A stretch of DNA of 64,000 bases from Ginglymostoma cirratum. Lineage: Eukaryota. The position numbers and the translations under genes are program-made. Shown here piece after piece: positions 62,101 to 64,000 of this stretch. Each line of letters begins with the position of its first letter. Position 1 is the first letter of the stretch. The notes under the pieces were generated by a model. It had not been told where the DNA came from. It did not search any database and saw only the letters and a program-made list of their open reading frames with translations. The DNA is taken from positions 5,046,086 through 5,110,085 of the forward strand of contig JAHRHZ010000040.1 in assembly GCA_024137785.1 (NCBI GenBank). Direction: 5' to 3'.

Positions 62101-62871
62101 TTTGCAATATACATGTATGCCTCTAAGGTTGATTCCATCTGAGCCATATTTGTCATTTTCCACCTACCTTAAAGTATCCAGCTCTTCTGATGGGGTAGAA
62201 GAGTTACCAGCCCTGTGACTGAGTAGGCAGAGTCAGGAGTCCACGTGCTTTCCTTAATAAGATGCTGAGCATGCAGGAACCCAAGTGGAAAGCAGGAAGA
62301 CTGTGCCATCAGGTAGGCTGCCGGTAAGTGTGGGCATAAGTCCCCAGACATTCCCAGCATGATGTCTCAAAGCTCATTAAAGTAAACAACCTCTAAAATC
62401 TATTGTGCTACCAATACAGCTTGCACTCAATGCCAGAATCTCCTACATAGTGTGCTAGTAGACTTATGGAAAAATTGTACAAGCTCACTGACAATCTAGG
62501 GATCATTCAGTCAAAAACCTCCACATAATGGATTATTTTTCTTTGTACCTGTGTGGGAATGCAGCAAAATCAGCAGAGCAGAAGTAGGCAGGCTTGGCCA
62601 ACTCTCCTGCTCTTCCTTATCCACAAGCTGAAGAGAGGTTCTTTCTCCTGTTCTTAACTCTTACCAAAACTTTCCTGGAATCTCAAAGTCCTTCACCACT
62701 TCTGACTTGTCACATATCTGACTCCCAATATTAAATTAGCAGACATTTTCTTCTATTAAATACTAAGAAGGATTAAGCCATTGTCTTCAATCTGCAGCTC
62801 AAACTGGAGCCTAGATTAAATGTTGCCTGTTGCACTGGGAGCCACTACTGCCAGGCATATTTAATCTTCAA

Positions 62872-63180
62872 TAACACCTTCCAAAACCACTACCCTCTAG
62901 AAAGACAAGGGCGGTGGTTGCATGGAATCACCACCATCTACACATTCCTCTCTAAGACACTCACTGTGATGACTTGGAATATTGTCATAATTCCTTCAGT
63001 ATTTCTGGGTCAAAATCCTGGAACTTCCATCTTAACACTGCTGTGAGTGTATCAACAACTCAAGGACTGCAGGAGTTCAAAAAGTCAGTTCATTACCACT
63101 TTCTCAAGGGCAATTCAGGATGGGCAATAAATGCAAATCTAGTGAATGATGTTCCAATCCCATGGATGACAATGAACAAT
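62872..63180 (+). mobile_element. LINE-B 3' UTR fragment
   Basis: ctagaaagacaaggg...gggtcaaaatcctggaact...ctcaagggcaattcaggatgggcaataaatgc. Confidence 0.82.
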
Positions 63181-64000
63181 TTGAAAGGGAGGTCTTTTGT
63201 TAGACTCCTCGTGGCAGCAAAACCTCCCCTGATTGAGTCAAATTGTTGAAGGGGCTGACAAAGGATTCCCAGCTACCAATGGCAGAATGGTCAATTAAGC
63301 TTATTATCCCTGAGCCCTCTGCAATATAATGGTGGGTCAGAGCTTAATTCAGAGCTACAGAGTTTTCGAACACCTCTTAATGGTCATACAACAAACCCTT
63401 GCTGACGACACAAACCACGTTATCTGCTGTCTCATATAGGATAGGGGATAGTGCTGTGGATAGTGGAATGCAAGTGGTGGGGGCGGAATGCTCCTCATTT
63501 TTCAGTGACCTGGCATTAGGAAAGCAGGCGCCTCTGAAAGCCTTGGCCATACATCCAGGCACCCTTCAACTCCCTTGGTGCCATTCCCATCCCATCCTCA
63601 CACATCTATGGAAGGTAGTCTCTCAGTGACCCTAGCCTTCTGCTGGGTGAATTGCCAGATGCTACACCATTTCTGTTAGTCCTACCAGGGCCTTGAATCC
63701 CTAAGAACGTGTGGTGGTAGCCAATTGCATGCCTGAAGGGAATTTAATATAATTTGGCCGCCCTTGTGGAATTTATGAGGTTCCCTGCCATTTTTCCAAT
63801 CAGTGGGCAAGATTTCAGTCTGGCAGATTGAATGCAGCTCTACATTTCCTAGTCTATGACTCTATCCCTCTGCTTGACCACTATCTGCAGCCAGAGAACA
63901 TCCTTTGCAGCCGTTGGCACTCCATTGGACCTGGAGATGAGCTTCCAGTTCCATATTAGTCATCAAAGCAATCTACTTCAACCGTGAAACATCACCTGCT

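Overview
Eukaryotic, gene-poor DNA, very probably from a cartilaginous fish (shark). This is inferred from HE1-type V-SINEs, a Deu-domain SINE and CR1/HER1-type LINEs. No host protein-coding exon, rRNA, true tRNA or CRISPR array can be supported; every recognisable ORF is a decayed transposable-element fragment. Contents: (i) many CR1/HER1, L2 and Rex1/Babar LINE fossils; (ii) a second LINE family ('LINE-B') whose near full-length copy (43418-46273) begins with a tRNA-like Pol III head, plus SINEs that are simply its 5' end fused to its 3' end; (iii) three families of Penelope-like elements (RT + GIY-YIG) whose terminal repeats carry minimal hammerhead-ribozyme cores, including two large inverted-repeat composites and about ten 80-210 bp solo cassettes, several with clean 10-14 bp target-site duplications; (iv) eroded Harbinger, DIRS-like and Gypsy remnants; (v) two recent local templated duplications, a minisatellite derived from L2 coding sequence, a tandem trimer of tRNA-like heads and a 400-N assembly gap; (vi) a few repeat-free islands that may be conserved enhancers. 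All family assignments are by eye from motif recall, not database searches, and boundaries of old elements are approximate.
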